This document shows, piece by piece, positions 31,211 to 41,363 of a DNA stretch of 62,970 bases. The translations under genes and the position numbers were made by a program. The notes under the pieces are model-generated. The model searched no databases and was not told where the DNA came from. It saw only the letters and a list, made by a program, of their open reading frames with translations. Position 1 is the stretch's first letter. Each line of letters starts with the position of its first letter. The stretch is from Calditrichaceae bacterium (GTDB lineage Bacteria; Calditrichota; Calditrichia; Calditrichales; JBFXGD01), in the NCBI GenBank assembly GCA_050173015.1, contig JBFXLE010000026.1, forward strand, positions 1-62,970, given 5' to 3'.

Positions 31211-32746
31211 TTATTCCTGATCTCTAAGCATATTTTTTAAAATTTTACCTGATTCGTTTTTTGGAAGTTTCTCTGTAAAGCGGATATACTTTGGCTGCTT
31301 GTAAGCAGGCATGCTCTTCTTAAGAATCGACCTTATCTCGTCTTCATCCGGCATTTCCCCGTCCCGGGGCACAATAAACGCCTGAATAGCTTCGCCAAGT
31401 AAATCATCCTTCACACCTATAACAGCCACTTCATGCACCTTATTAATTTCAAGGATTTTTTCTTCTATCTCCTTCGCGCTTATCCTTTCCCCGCCAACCT
31501 TTATTATATCCTTCGTCCTTCCTACAACAAATAGAAATCCTTCCTCATCCATTTTTCCCACATCACCGGTGTAGTAAAGATTATTTTTAAGGACCTTGTT
31601 TGTCTCATCCTTATCATTCCAGTAGCCGCGCATTAAATTTGAGCCCCGGGCGACAATCTCGCCGGTTTCTCCCTGCGGGATTTCTCTGCCTTTATCATCA
31701 GCGACGAACAAATCAACATTCGGAATCGCTTTGCCGATTGAACCCCATTTTCGGGGAAGATCATTCGGATCAAGGTACGATAGGCGTGCTGACGCCTCCG
31801 TTGCCCCATACATAATATAAAGCTGAGCGGGGGCCATCACCTTTGCTACTTCTTTTTGTACTGCCGGAGCCATTGCGCCGCCTGCCTGTGTCAGATACCG
31901 CAGTGATTCAAAGTTCTGTTTTCGGATGTTTGATTTATTCAAAAGAATCATGAAGGTAGATGGAACGCCGGAGAATCCCGTAACCTTTGTTTTTTGCATT
32001 GTGGCAAGTATAACATTCGGGAATGCAAAACGATTATCAATAACAACGGAGCCACCTGAATAAAAATGCGTATTGAGCAGCGATTTTCCATAGATATAGT
32101 AAAACGGCAGAACTACCATAATCCTGTCCTGAGGCGAAAGATGCAAATATTCCGTAATCGATAACGTATTACTAACGACGTTTAGATGAGAGAGCATCAC
32201 TCCCTTTGGTTTTCCCGTACTACCGGAAGTATAAACTATTGAGGCGAGATCGATATCAATTCCCCTGACAGACGGAGACCTGTCATTTCCCTGATTATAA
32301 ATATCCGTCAACCGGACCTGGCTGCAATGACCAACATCGTTATACTCACTCAAGTCATCCTGGTCCACAATAACATTTCGCAAATATGGGGCTTTTCTTA
32401 TGGCAGGCACAAGATGGCGGGAATACTTCGAGTTGGAAATAATCGCTTTTGCTCCTGAATCGTTAAGGAGATAAATCAGTGTGTTTGCGTTTGTCTCCGT
32501 ATTGAGAGCAACAGTAACGCCTCCCGCTTTTAATATCCCGTAATACCCAATTATGTAATCAAATGAATTTTCATAGAGGATCGCAACCCGGTCACCTCTT
32601 CGAATACCGTTTTCCTTAAGATAATTACCTATTTTATTTGAATGTAGTTCGATTTCCGCGTATGAAAGCCACTGGTCTTTGAACCATACGGCCTGTTTTT
32701 CAGGATATTTTTGAGCCGAATTTTCGAGAAATTGATTTATCTGCAT
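31211..32746 (-). CDS. AMP-binding (ANL) acyl/aminoacyl-ACP ligase
   Basis: YTSGSTGKPKG, YGATEAS, YTGD, GR.KD.IK.GG, PKNESGK. Confidence 0.92.
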   Translation of the reverse strand: MQINQFLENSAQKYPEKQAVWFKDQWLSYAEIELHSNKIGNYLKENGIRRGDRVAILYENSFDYIIGYYGILKAGGVTVALNTETNANTLIYLLNDSGAKAIISNSKYSRHLVPAIRKAPYLRNVIVDQDDLSEYNDVGHCSQVRLTDIYNQGNDRSPSVRGIDIDLASIVYTSGSTGKPKGVMLSHLNVVSNTLSITEYLHLSPQDRIMVVLPFYYIYGKSLLNTHFYSGGSVVIDNRFAFPNVILATMQKTKVTGFSGVPSTFMILLNKSNIRKQNFESLRYLTQAGGAMAPAVQKEVAKVMAPAQLYIMYGATEASARLSYLDPNDLPRKWGSIGKAIPNVDLFVADDKGREIPQGETGEIVARGSNLMRGYWNDKDETNKVLKNNLYYTGDVGKMDEEGFLFVVGRTKDIIKVGGERISAKEIEEKILEINKVHEVAVIGVKDDLLGEAIQAFIVPRDGEMPDEDEIRSILKKSMPAYKQPKYIRFTEKLPKNESGKILKNMLRDQE

Positions 32747-32778
32747 GATTATTTTTTATATACCATCAAGTTATTTGA

Positions 32779-34710
32779 TTAAAGATTTTCAATAAAATGG
32801 TGATGCAACAGCTGTAAAGAAGCGATTCCAACAAGAGCCATGTCATCCCTTGCGGTCATTTGTTGACCGCTGCCCGGCTTAACTTTAGCCAGTAACCGCG
32901 CAACATTTGTCGGATCAAAATATCCGAAATCCCTTATTTTTTCTTCCTTCAAAACGGAAGAAGCCAAACTACCATTTCCCGCGGCAAAACATTGACTGAT
33001 AGGCGCGCGATAAGGTTGTTTGGCTCTCTTAATTATCGATGGAGGAATCAGGTTTTCAAAAGTTTTTTTAAGTATGAACTTTTCGTTCAAAACTTTCATC
33101 TTAAACTGTGGAGGAATAGTATTCGCGAATTCGATGACCCTGTAATCCAAAAACGGAAATCTTCCCTCGACCGAATTTCCCATCATCATGCGGTCGCCCT
33201 GAGAAGACAGCAAATAGCCGGACATAAAAAGATTCATTTCCAGGTATTGAGCGCGTGACAAAGGATGCCATCTCTTCATATCCGGATCTACATAACGGTT
33301 GAGTTCCTCATAAATCTGTTCGGAATTATTGAATCTTTCTTTTGAAGACTTATTGAAAAATCTCTTTATTTGTGAAGTATTATCCCATCTTATGAGATGC
33401 GAATAGAAAACATTATCTGTATCCGTTAAATTTTTCTTGAAGAATAATTGCCAGAAATTTTGCACCTGACCGGAATTTTTTGTTATGTACGGATACAGTT
33501 TTGACAATAGAAGGGGACGTGTTTTCGAATCCGGGTATCTTGCCCAGAATCTTCTTATTTTATTTTCCTTAAATATATTATATCCGCCAAAGACTTCATC
33601 CGCTCCTTCTCCGGTAAGAACAACCTTGATATTGTTTTTTCGGACAAGACCGGAGAGCAGAAACAAAGGCGCAGGAGCGGTGCGTATCATCGGTTTTTCC
33701 GCAAACCAGACCACATCCGAAAAAGCGTTACCGATCGTATCGTAGCCAGCCTCTATGAATCGGTGATCCGTTTTAAGAAAATCAACCATCTCTTTCTGAA
33801 ACGGCCGTTCATCGTAAGACGCGTCCGAAAAAGCTACAGAAAAAGTAATCAGATTATTATTGTGATATTTTTTTACTAAGGCCGCGATTACAGAAGAATC
33901 GATGCCACCGCTCAAATAAGCAGCAACAGGGACATCGGCTCGCAGGCGAATCGTGACGGCATCATACAGTAACTCTTCTAATTTTCTTGTGTAAAAACTT
34001 AGCGGCCGGTCTTCATAATCATACTCATCCGGATAACTCAACTTCCAGTATGACTGAATTTTAATTCCGGATGCGGACAGTTCAAGAAAATGGCCTGGAG
34101 GCAGCTCATTAATTCCATTAAAAACGGTTCTTGGGGGAATATTAACCCAAAAAGTAAATATCTGTTCAAGCCCCACGGGATCAATTTCCGGCGTAATTCC
34201 GGGATGCTGAAAAATGGCTTTCATTTCTGAACCGAAAACAAACGAACCATCATTCGCATGACAATAGAACAAGGGACGTATGCCTACCCTGTCCCTCGCG
34301 AGTATCAATTGTTCATTTTTTTCATCCCAGAGCGCAATCGCGAATTGACCGTTAAAATGGTTTAAAAAATCGTTTCCATACTCTTCATAAGCATGAACAA
34401 TAACTTCAGTATCGCTCTGTGTGGAAAAGCGGTGTCCTTTTTTTAATAAAACTTCGCGAAGTTCTATATAATTAAATATTTCTCCGTTAAACACAACCCA
34501 GATCGTTTTGTCTTCATTTGGAATCGGCTGTTTCCCGCCTGAAAGATCGATAATACTTAGACGTGTCTGCGCCAGACCAATACCGGGCTTGTGATAGAAA
34601 CCTAAATCATCCGGCCCTCTGTGCCGCAGACTTTGAGCCATCTTTTCCAGAATCGATTTTTCAACGATCCCCCGCTTTTTAAGATTTATAATCCCTGCGA
34701 TACCGCACAT
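32779..34710 (-). CDS. asnB: Asparagine synthase (glutamine-hydrolysing) family amidotransferase
   Basis: MCGIAG (Ntn Cys), HRGPD, FNGEIFN, LSGGIDS, TGEGADE, EGRFPFLD. Confidence 0.93.
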   Translation of the reverse strand: MCGIAGIINLKKRGIVEKSILEKMAQSLRHRGPDDLGFYHKPGIGLAQTRLSIIDLSGGKQPIPNEDKTIWVVFNGEIFNYIELREVLLKKGHRFSTQSDTEVIVHAYEEYGNDFLNHFNGQFAIALWDEKNEQLILARDRVGIRPLFYCHANDGSFVFGSEMKAIFQHPGITPEIDPVGLEQIFTFWVNIPPRTVFNGINELPPGHFLELSASGIKIQSYWKLSYPDEYDYEDRPLSFYTRKLEELLYDAVTIRLRADVPVAAYLSGGIDSSVIAALVKKYHNNNLITFSVAFSDASYDERPFQKEMVDFLKTDHRFIEAGYDTIGNAFSDVVWFAEKPMIRTAPAPLFLLSGLVRKNNIKVVLTGEGADEVFGGYNIFKENKIRRFWARYPDSKTRPLLLSKLYPYITKNSGQVQNFWQLFFKKNLTDTDNVFYSHLIRWDNTSQIKRFFNKSSKERFNNSEQIYEELNRYVDPDMKRWHPLSRAQYLEMNLFMSGYLLSSQGDRMMMGNSVEGRFPFLDYRVIEFANTIPPQFKMKVLNEKFILKKTFENLIPPSIIKRAKQPYRAPISQCFAAGNGSLASSVLKEEKIRDFGYFDPTNVARLLAKVKPGSGQQMTARDDMALVGIASLQLLHHHFIENL

Positions 34711-34851
34711 AAGAGTTCCGAATCCCTTCTATACCTAACTATATTTTATTAAAAATTATACCTGTAAATAAATTCACAGATAAATTTTATAACCGACCTG
34801 ATTTATATTTTATTGCCTGTTTCAATACATCAAAAATATTACTTTCGTAAA

Positions 34852-37224
34852 TTAGTATTTATAATATGAGTATTGATATGTTTCTCTTAAACTCGGCTCC
34901 TCAGAAAAATTGAACACTGTACCTTCAATTTTATCAAGTATCTGATCATACTCTTTTAATTTCTCACCCAGTTTTGCAACATTTGTTCTCCCTGCTCTGA
35001 CAACAAGCAAAACAGAATCCACCTGCTTGGAGAGAATAACCGCGTCAGCAGTTACATTAATTGGCGGAGTATCAATAATGATGACACTGAATTTATTCTT
35101 CAATAGATTAAGAAATTGTTCCAGTTTATAGGTACCCAGCAATTCCGATGGGTTGGGAATGTTCATACCACTGCTGATTAAAAAAAGATTCGGTATGTGG
35201 GTTGACTGGATAAATTTTTTCATATTTTCATGATTTATTTCAGCGTTACTGTACAGAAAATCAGAAAATCCCGGGGACTTACTGCACGCGAATGAATTGT
35301 GCAGAACCCCTCTTCTCAAATCGGCGTCAAAAAGCAGTGTAGGTAATTTTTGCTGCGCGAATGTAATGGCAAGATTCGAGGCGTTTAAAGATTTTCCATC
35401 TGAGGGATTTAAACTGGTAACAAGAATGGTGGATAGTGGCTTCTTTTCTTTCAGAAATAATAATTGAGTTCTTAATGAACGATATGCTTCACCAACCGGA
35501 GTCGGTGAATAATCTACCGTGATTAATCTGGGCTCTATTCTGCTGTTTGTTTCAAGTGAAATTTCTTCAGGGATTTCCTTTCCGTCCCCGATTACCGGAA
35601 TCGACGCCAGCACCTTCAGATTAAGTTTTTCCTCTATCTCATTCGACACATGAACTGACTTGTCAAAATAACCATTTAACAAGACAAAACCGAATGCCGC
35701 GGCCAAACTCCCTATCAGACCCATCAAAATATACTTTATATACATTATTCTCTGGCTTATCAACTCGGGTAAAATCGCGTTATCCAGGATAAAAACATCT
35801 CCCACCTCCACCACATCGGCCAATTTCGCTTGATTATAGCGAACAAGAACGTCTGCATATATTTCTTCGGCGACATTCCTTTTTCTTTGTAATTCGGCTA
35901 ACTGAGCTTCTCTTCCCGGTAAACTTCTTATTTTGAAATTATTTTCTGTGAGATCCCGATTCGTCTCCCGGAGTCTCTGCTCCAGGGTACTGCGATGGTG
36001 GTTAGCCGTTTCAACCACTTTAATACCGAGTTGTTCTATTTTCTTTTCGTTTTCGAGCATCAGGGGGTGATTTTTTGAATAGCTTTGAACAAGCCTGTTT
36101 CTCTCCGTAATAACTGAATTATACTCATTTTGCAACGCGGAAACAGTCGATACCGATTCGCCGCCGAGAAAAGCGATCAACTCCCCAAGAACAAGACTTT
36201 TTTCGTCAACACCCGCGGTATTATAGCGGTTCACAATTCTCTCAATCTCACCGGATTTTTTAGTGAGATTAAGTTTCTGACCTTCCGACGTTGAAATATC
36301 TGTAACTATATTACTCATATTTAGTGTAAGCCCGACCCAAGGAAAATTTTGCCGGAATGTTTTTAATTCCTCTTCGGCTTTTTCCAGATCATTTTTCGTG
36401 AAAGTTAGCTGTTCGTTTAAAATACTTAAAATTTGTCTGGTATAGACTTTGGTATAATTTAAATTTTGTATTCTAAATTCTTCAACAAGAATATTGAGTG
36501 TATTTGTAATCAAAAACGGATCCGTTCCGGTGAGATCTATTCTGAGAACTGTTCTTCCTCTATCAATGAAATTTGCATTTATATTTTTTTTGAGCCATTC
36601 TACACGGCTTATTTTCTTTGTCAGATAGAATTTCACATCATCCTGTTCTTCAAAGAACGCAGGTTTTAGTTTTAAATGAAGAAACTTATAATTAAACCAG
36701 TAATCCGGAGTGAGCTTCGTCTGAAACAGCTTTTCATTCGATATATTCTCCTGCTCATTTGAATAATAGAGCTGAAATACATCACCCGATTTCTTTATTG
36801 TGTATTCACCAGTCTTGTAACTGTCGTCAATCGTAAGCGTATCCACCACATCCGAACGATAATAGTCATTTATTACAAGAAACAGATCAAGCTTATCAAC
36901 AACCTGTTCCAAAAAATTCCGGCTTAACAATAAACTTATTTTGGCATCATAACCGTATCGGTCTCCCGAATCTTCTTTTATAGTCGCGACATTCTTATTT
37001 TCAGAAAAACGCAAAACAGCCGAAACGGTATAGTTTGGATGAGGAGCCAGCTTGAAAACAAGAGGTACAATCATTAAAAAAAGTGAAACCGAGATTAAAA
37101 ATATCTTCCAACGCTCTCTGCTAAAAAGCCCCAGGTATTTTGCGGCATTGAATGAATCATTACGATTCTTGTGAAAAACCCGATCTTTTGCTACGGCCAT
37201 CGTCTCATTTCCCTTTTTTATCAT
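34852..37224 (-). CDS. wzc: Polysaccharide co-polymerase / tyrosine autokinase
   Basis: Two TM helices with coiled-coil; EAYRSLRT, Walker A SLNPSDGKS, DADLR, IDTPP, C-terminal YQYSYYKY Tyr cluster. Confidence 0.92.
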   Translation of the reverse strand: MIKKGNETMAVAKDRVFHKNRNDSFNAAKYLGLFSRERWKIFLISVSLFLMIVPLVFKLAPHPNYTVSAVLRFSENKNVATIKEDSGDRYGYDAKISLLLSRNFLEQVVDKLDLFLVINDYYRSDVVDTLTIDDSYKTGEYTIKKSGDVFQLYYSNEQENISNEKLFQTKLTPDYWFNYKFLHLKLKPAFFEEQDDVKFYLTKKISRVEWLKKNINANFIDRGRTVLRIDLTGTDPFLITNTLNILVEEFRIQNLNYTKVYTRQILSILNEQLTFTKNDLEKAEEELKTFRQNFPWVGLTLNMSNIVTDISTSEGQKLNLTKKSGEIERIVNRYNTAGVDEKSLVLGELIAFLGGESVSTVSALQNEYNSVITERNRLVQSYSKNHPLMLENEKKIEQLGIKVVETANHHRSTLEQRLRETNRDLTENNFKIRSLPGREAQLAELQRKRNVAEEIYADVLVRYNQAKLADVVEVGDVFILDNAILPELISQRIMYIKYILMGLIGSLAAAFGFVLLNGYFDKSVHVSNEIEEKLNLKVLASIPVIGDGKEIPEEISLETNSRIEPRLITVDYSPTPVGEAYRSLRTQLLFLKEKKPLSTILVTSLNPSDGKSLNASNLAITFAQQKLPTLLFDADLRRGVLHNSFACSKSPGFSDFLYSNAEINHENMKKFIQSTHIPNLFLISSGMNIPNPSELLGTYKLEQFLNLLKNKFSVIIIDTPPINVTADAVILSKQVDSVLLVVRAGRTNVAKLGEKLKEYDQILDKIEGTVFNFSEEPSLRETYQYSYYKY

Positions 37225-37964
37225 CTGCTTGTTATCGTATCTCTCTGATAGGTGAGATATAAAAACATTATAGTTGTACCCAATGAAACTATCGGTAAAA
37301 TATTTCCGGTCAATTTATCCATAAATCCCGGCTTCCCCGGAGTTGGCGTCCATAACTGATCCCCGGAACGAAAACCGATTTTTTTAAGAGACACCCCATT
37401 CTGAAAATAGGGGACTAAATCACCAACCACATCATCACGACTCCTTTCCCAATGCATTTTTTTGATTCCCTCTTCATCAAGTGTGCCGCCTGCCAGTCGA
37501 ACCGCATCCCATAATGAATGACTATAATCGATATAGTAAAGCCCCGGTCTGGCAACCCCACCCAGTATGCTAAGTCTTAACATTGGCTTAACAAATACAT
37601 TTGGGAAACGCATATATTGTTGAAAATTGTTTTTAATAAATGTGGATAATTCCTGCTCCGTCATCTTATTAACAGCGACCCGTCCAACAATCGGGAACTC
37701 AACAAATCCTGAATCATCAATTTGGAAAACCTGGTTCAAAAAAGAAGATGAGTCGGGTAGAGTACTTACATACAGTCCGTCCCCAGGCTTGAATGGGAAA
37801 AGATCCTGCTGTGAGCGTTGTTCCTTAGGTTCAGGTTCATTAGATGAATTTTCCGCATCCGTCCCGGCGTATGCTGGAATCAAATCGGTGAATGCCAGCC
37901 CAATAACCAGCATATATACCAGAAATTTGGTTGTTTTTCGCTCATAAAAATTAGAGATCATCAT
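37221..37964 (-). CDS. wza: Polysaccharide export protein (Wza/SLBB domain)
   Basis: FKPGD, ID..G.V.FP.VG, ILGGVARPGLY, AGG, RSGD. Confidence 0.8.
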   Translation of the reverse strand: MMISNFYERKTTKFLVYMLVIGLAFTDLIPAYAGTDAENSSNEPEPKEQRSQQDLFPFKPGDGLYVSTLPDSSSFLNQVFQIDDSGFVEFPIVGRVAVNKMTEQELSTFIKNNFQQYMRFPNVFVKPMLRLSILGGVARPGLYYIDYSHSLWDAVRLAGGTLDEEGIKKMHWERSRDDVVGDLVPYFQNGVSLKKIGFRSGDQLWTPTPGKPGFMDKLTGNILPIVSLGTTIMFLYLTYQRDTITSR

Positions 37965-38003
37965 TCTGCCATCTTCCTTGTTTACTTAAATTGTTTGTAT
38001 TAG

Positions 38004-38819
38004 TTAACAGGATCGATAATAGCGGTATCGTTTTAACTTTGTATCAAGATCAAGTTCTCTTAAAATTCCCCAAAGTTTTATGATGCCGATCTTTGTATGA
38101 CCAAAATGTTCATGCCCAAGAATCTTTTTTATTTCCCAGATGGTCACCAAAGGATTTTGAGCTACCACTCTTCTGATTTTTTCGGGCAAAGGCAGTTCAG
38201 CCAGTTTTACGTCCTTTTTTAGAGTATGCGGAATAAACTCTTTAAAAACCTTCTGCTCTTCTACTACCTCCTGACCATTCGTCGGAATAAATTTTATAAC
38301 TTCAGCTGACTCACGCTTTTTCTTTTGGCGTTTTTTTGTTTCCTTGTCGGCCTGATCAACAGGTTCTTCCGTATCGATTTCTTCTATTGAATTTAGATTT
38401 TCTCCCGCTTTTTTATCTTCTTTGTTCGTATCCGATTCAATCGCGAGATCCAGTTGTTCGCTTTCTTTTCCGAACGAGGCAGCGGCCTCTTCTACTGTTG
38501 CATAATCTTCCAGAATATGATAAAATTCCAGCATTTGAAAAACATCATATATTTCGGGATTCATATACGCCAGCTTAATATCACCGCCATTTTCCCTGAA
38601 ACGCTTGATCTCACCGACAAAAATACCCCACCCCGCGCTGCTCATATAATACAAATCTTTAAAATCAACGATTACCTTAAAACAGCCGCTCTGGAGAATA
38701 TTTTCAAACATTTGCTGAAGTTGAAAACTATTGGACTGATCAACATATCCACCCAGTTCAATAATCATTATTTCACCGCTTTGATCAGCAAATTTGGAAT
38801 CAATTTTAATGTTTTCCAT
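38004..38819 (-). CDS. STAS anti-sigma-factor antagonist fused via an acidic linker to a basic HTH-like C-terminal domain
   Basis: LGGYVD, VDFKDLYYMSSAGWG, GGDIKL STAS core (first ~115 aa); 271 aa total. Confidence 0.8.
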   Translation of the reverse strand: MENIKIDSKFADQSGEIMIIELGGYVDQSNSFQLQQMFENILQSGCFKVIVDFKDLYYMSSAGWGIFVGEIKRFRENGGDIKLAYMNPEIYDVFQMLEFYHILEDYATVEEAAASFGKESEQLDLAIESDTNKEDKKAGENLNSIEEIDTEEPVDQADKETKKRQKKKRESAEVIKFIPTNGQEVVEEQKVFKEFIPHTLKKDVKLAELPLPEKIRRVVAQNPLVTIWEIKKILGHEHFGHTKIGIIKLWGILRELDLDTKLKRYRYYRSC

Positions 38820-39142
38820 AGCTCTCTGTTCTCAATTTATTTATAGCTCCGCCCCGTCAATTACAGTACAAAAAAATTCATACTGCAACGGGGGCTGATT
38901 TTATCGTTCCATTTTAATTCAGATTCGCCCGTCTAATTTATCCCGGACGGGCATTTTTGTCTTTTTCGAAAATTTATATCTAAGCATCACATGGAGAATA
39001 TAAAACAACCGGTTTCGAATACTTTAGTTAGCTTTTTTCAAAAAGAGATAATCTTTTTAATGAACTACTAAATTTTAAAACAGGCAGGGAACCTGCCAAC
39101 AATGAGCCAATATCCGGCGCGGTCTTTCTGGCCAGGCGCTGA

Positions 39143-40153
39143 CTACTGCCCCTCCCCCATGAGAACAACAAACAGAGTCTTCCAAAGAATCTTCACGTTC
39201 ATTTTTAATGAATCTGCCTGCTCGATATATTCGTTGTCCCTGGCAACTTTTTCCCTAACATCATCAATCGTCTCATCATATCCAACCGTAACCTGCGCCA
39301 AACCTGTAATACCCGGCTTAACCTTCAGCCTGTTCATATACAGCGGAATTTGCTTTTTCAATGATTCCGCGAAAAACGGCCTTTCCGGTCTGGGACCGAT
39401 CAGGCTCATATCTCCTTTTAGGACATTTATTAGTTGCGGGAGTTCATCGATTCTGGTCATCCGCATAAAATGTCCTAATTTTGTGATCCTGGGATCGTTT
39501 TTCTGCGCCCATACAGGACCCGATTGTTTTTCTGCATCCTGTACCATCGATCTAAATTTGTGAACCGGAAAAATTTTTGCGTTTTTTCCATATCGTTGCT
39601 GAGAATAAAAAATGGGCCCGTGTGATTCCACCTTAATTGCAATTGCAACGATTAAAAACAGAGGAAATAAAAGCATTATCAGGGTAAGAGATACAAGTAT
39701 ATCAGCGATACGTCTTAACCCAAAATCCTGTGGCCTGAGCACATCCTTTATCACATCCCGAACAACATGGGGATATGCCGCGTCATATGCGTCTGCAACA
39801 ACCCGGTATTCTACCCCGCAACGCGTACATTCTTTTATGATTTCGGTGAGATATATCTTCTCCGCAGGACTCAGTACTATCAGAAGCTCATCAATATCCT
39901 TGCTCTTGATGACATCGGCAAGATCAGGCATTCCGCCTAAAACCGGAATATTCTTATAATGCCGCTTTCTCTCATTATCAAAGCCGGCTGGCCTGATGAA
40001 TCCTCTGACATGATAACCGAGGGCAGGATAATTGATAATTTTATCCGATAAACCGGCCGCTTCTGTATTCCAGCCAACAATCAGAGTGTTTTTCAACCTC
40101 TTATGTTCCATAATTTCCAGATTGGCAAGCACTCCCCACCCCATATCTTTCAA
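39143..40153 (-). CDS. Priming polyprenyl-phosphate sugar phosphotransferase (WcaJ/WbaP-like; short form)
   Basis: CoA-binding-like domain, then [53 protein letters not shown]; true start may be 40111. Confidence 0.92.
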   Translation of the reverse strand: MKDMGWGVLANLEIMEHKRLKNTLIVGWNTEAAGLSDKIINYPALGYHVRGFIRPAGFDNERKRHYKNIPVLGGMPDLADVIKSKDIDELLIVLSPAEKIYLTEIIKECTRCGVEYRVVADAYDAAYPHVVRDVIKDVLRPQDFGLRRIADILVSLTLIMLLFPLFLIVAIAIKVESHGPIFYSQQRYGKNAKIFPVHKFRSMVQDAEKQSGPVWAQKNDPRITKLGHFMRMTRIDELPQLINVLKGDMSLIGPRPERPFFAESLKKQIPLYMNRLKVKPGITGLAQVTVGYDETIDDVREKVARDNEYIEQADSLKMNVKILWKTLFVVLMGEGQ

Positions 40154-40219
40154 TCTGATGTTATTAATTTATCTGTAAAATCATTTGTGAAGTAATGTAA
40201 ACCAACCTTAGAAGCGCTC

Positions 40220-40235
40220 TGTGATTAGTCTCACA
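40220..40235. promoter_or_regulatory. CRP/FNR-family binding site (TGTGA-N6-TCACA)
   Basis: tgtga-ttagtc-tcaca, exact consensus, upstream of the first EPS-cluster gene. Confidence 0.6.
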
Positions 40236-40731
40236 GATGTGTCTATATGATTTACATATTCAAACATTTTTAGAGATCAATTTCATCCCTGTATTTTAGC
40301 CCGTCCTTGACTGATCACATTCCAATAAGTACCGTAACAGACTGAACCACCAAGATTAAAGTCAAACTATTTTTGTTTCAATGATAACTATATTTTAAAA
40401 TGTGAAGTGTGTTTTATGTCATAAAATTCCCGAATACTTGACATTTTATTATATTTTAAAATTACATTTTCGGAAAATTGATATCAGATTGGTTAATGCG
40501 GTGTAAAACTTTCAATCAAGAAAAAACATATGTGATTGAAGAGGTCAAAAACATCAATATTAAAGTTGATCAATCGGTGGGAATATATAGGATTTTATGA
40601 CTGAATAATTTATACAGTGCCGATTAGTAAATAAAATATTTATTCAGTCGGCTGAAATTTTTTATTGGAGCTCTATTATAAAAAAATCTTCGCGTAATTA
40701 AATATGAAGAGAGACTGGATTATGATATTCT

Positions 40732-40769
40732 AAAAACAAAAAAGCCGGAAAAGGCATCTCCTCCGGCTT
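40732..40769 (-). terminator. Rho-independent terminator after frr
   Basis: Minus strand aagccgga...tccggctt followed by a U-tract. Confidence 0.85.
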
Positions 40770-40799
40770 AACAATTAAACATTTTTTAAGATTCTTGTC

Positions 40800-41360
40800 T
40801 TAAACTTCCATGACTTCTTTTTCTTTTTTAGCCATAATTTCGTCAATACTTTTTGTATGAGAATCCGTCAATTCCTGAATTTCATCAAGGTAAATACTTA
40901 ATTCATCTTCGGATATCTCATGATCTTTTTCAAGTTTCTTTAGATGGTCGTTTCCATCCCTGCGCACATTGCGAACGGCAACACGTCCGTCCTCAGAAAA
41001 TTTCTTAACCAGTTTTACAAGATCTTTTCTGCGCTCTTCACTTAACTGAGGAATAGGGATTCTAATAATTGAACCGTCATTACTGGGATTAAACCCAAGA
41101 TCCGCTTTAAGAATTTCTCTTTCAATCTCCCCGAGCATACTTTTTTCCCAGGGTTGAACAACGATCATTCGAGGCTCCGGAGCACTCACTGTCGCTGCCT
41201 GAGAAAGTGGTACTTTTTGCCCATAATATTCAACCTTAATTGAATCAAGCAAAGCCGGTGTTGCCCTTCCGGTGCGTATCTTCGCGAGCTCATCCTGAAA
41301 GGTTTCCACTGCCCGCCCCATCCTGTACTTTGCATCTTTTACAATCTCATTTGCATCCAT
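40800..41360 (-). CDS. frr: Ribosome recycling factor
   Basis: IRTGRA, VEYYG, NPSNDG, LSEERRK, VRNVRR. Confidence 0.98.
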   Translation of the reverse strand: MDANEIVKDAKYRMGRAVETFQDELAKIRTGRATPALLDSIKVEYYGQKVPLSQAATVSAPEPRMIVVQPWEKSMLGEIEREILKADLGFNPSNDGSIIRIPIPQLSEERRKDLVKLVKKFSEDGRVAVRNVRRDGNDHLKKLEKDHEISEDELSIYLDEIQELTDSHTKSIDEIMAKKEKEVMEV

Positions 41361-41363
41361 AAC

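Noticed and set aside
39083-39099. Sigma54-like TTGGCAGGTTCCCTGC on the minus strand
   Set aside because: Has GG-N10-GC spacing but is equally explained as a GGCAGG/CCTGCC hairpin after the sugar transferase; cannot be distinguished from sequence alone
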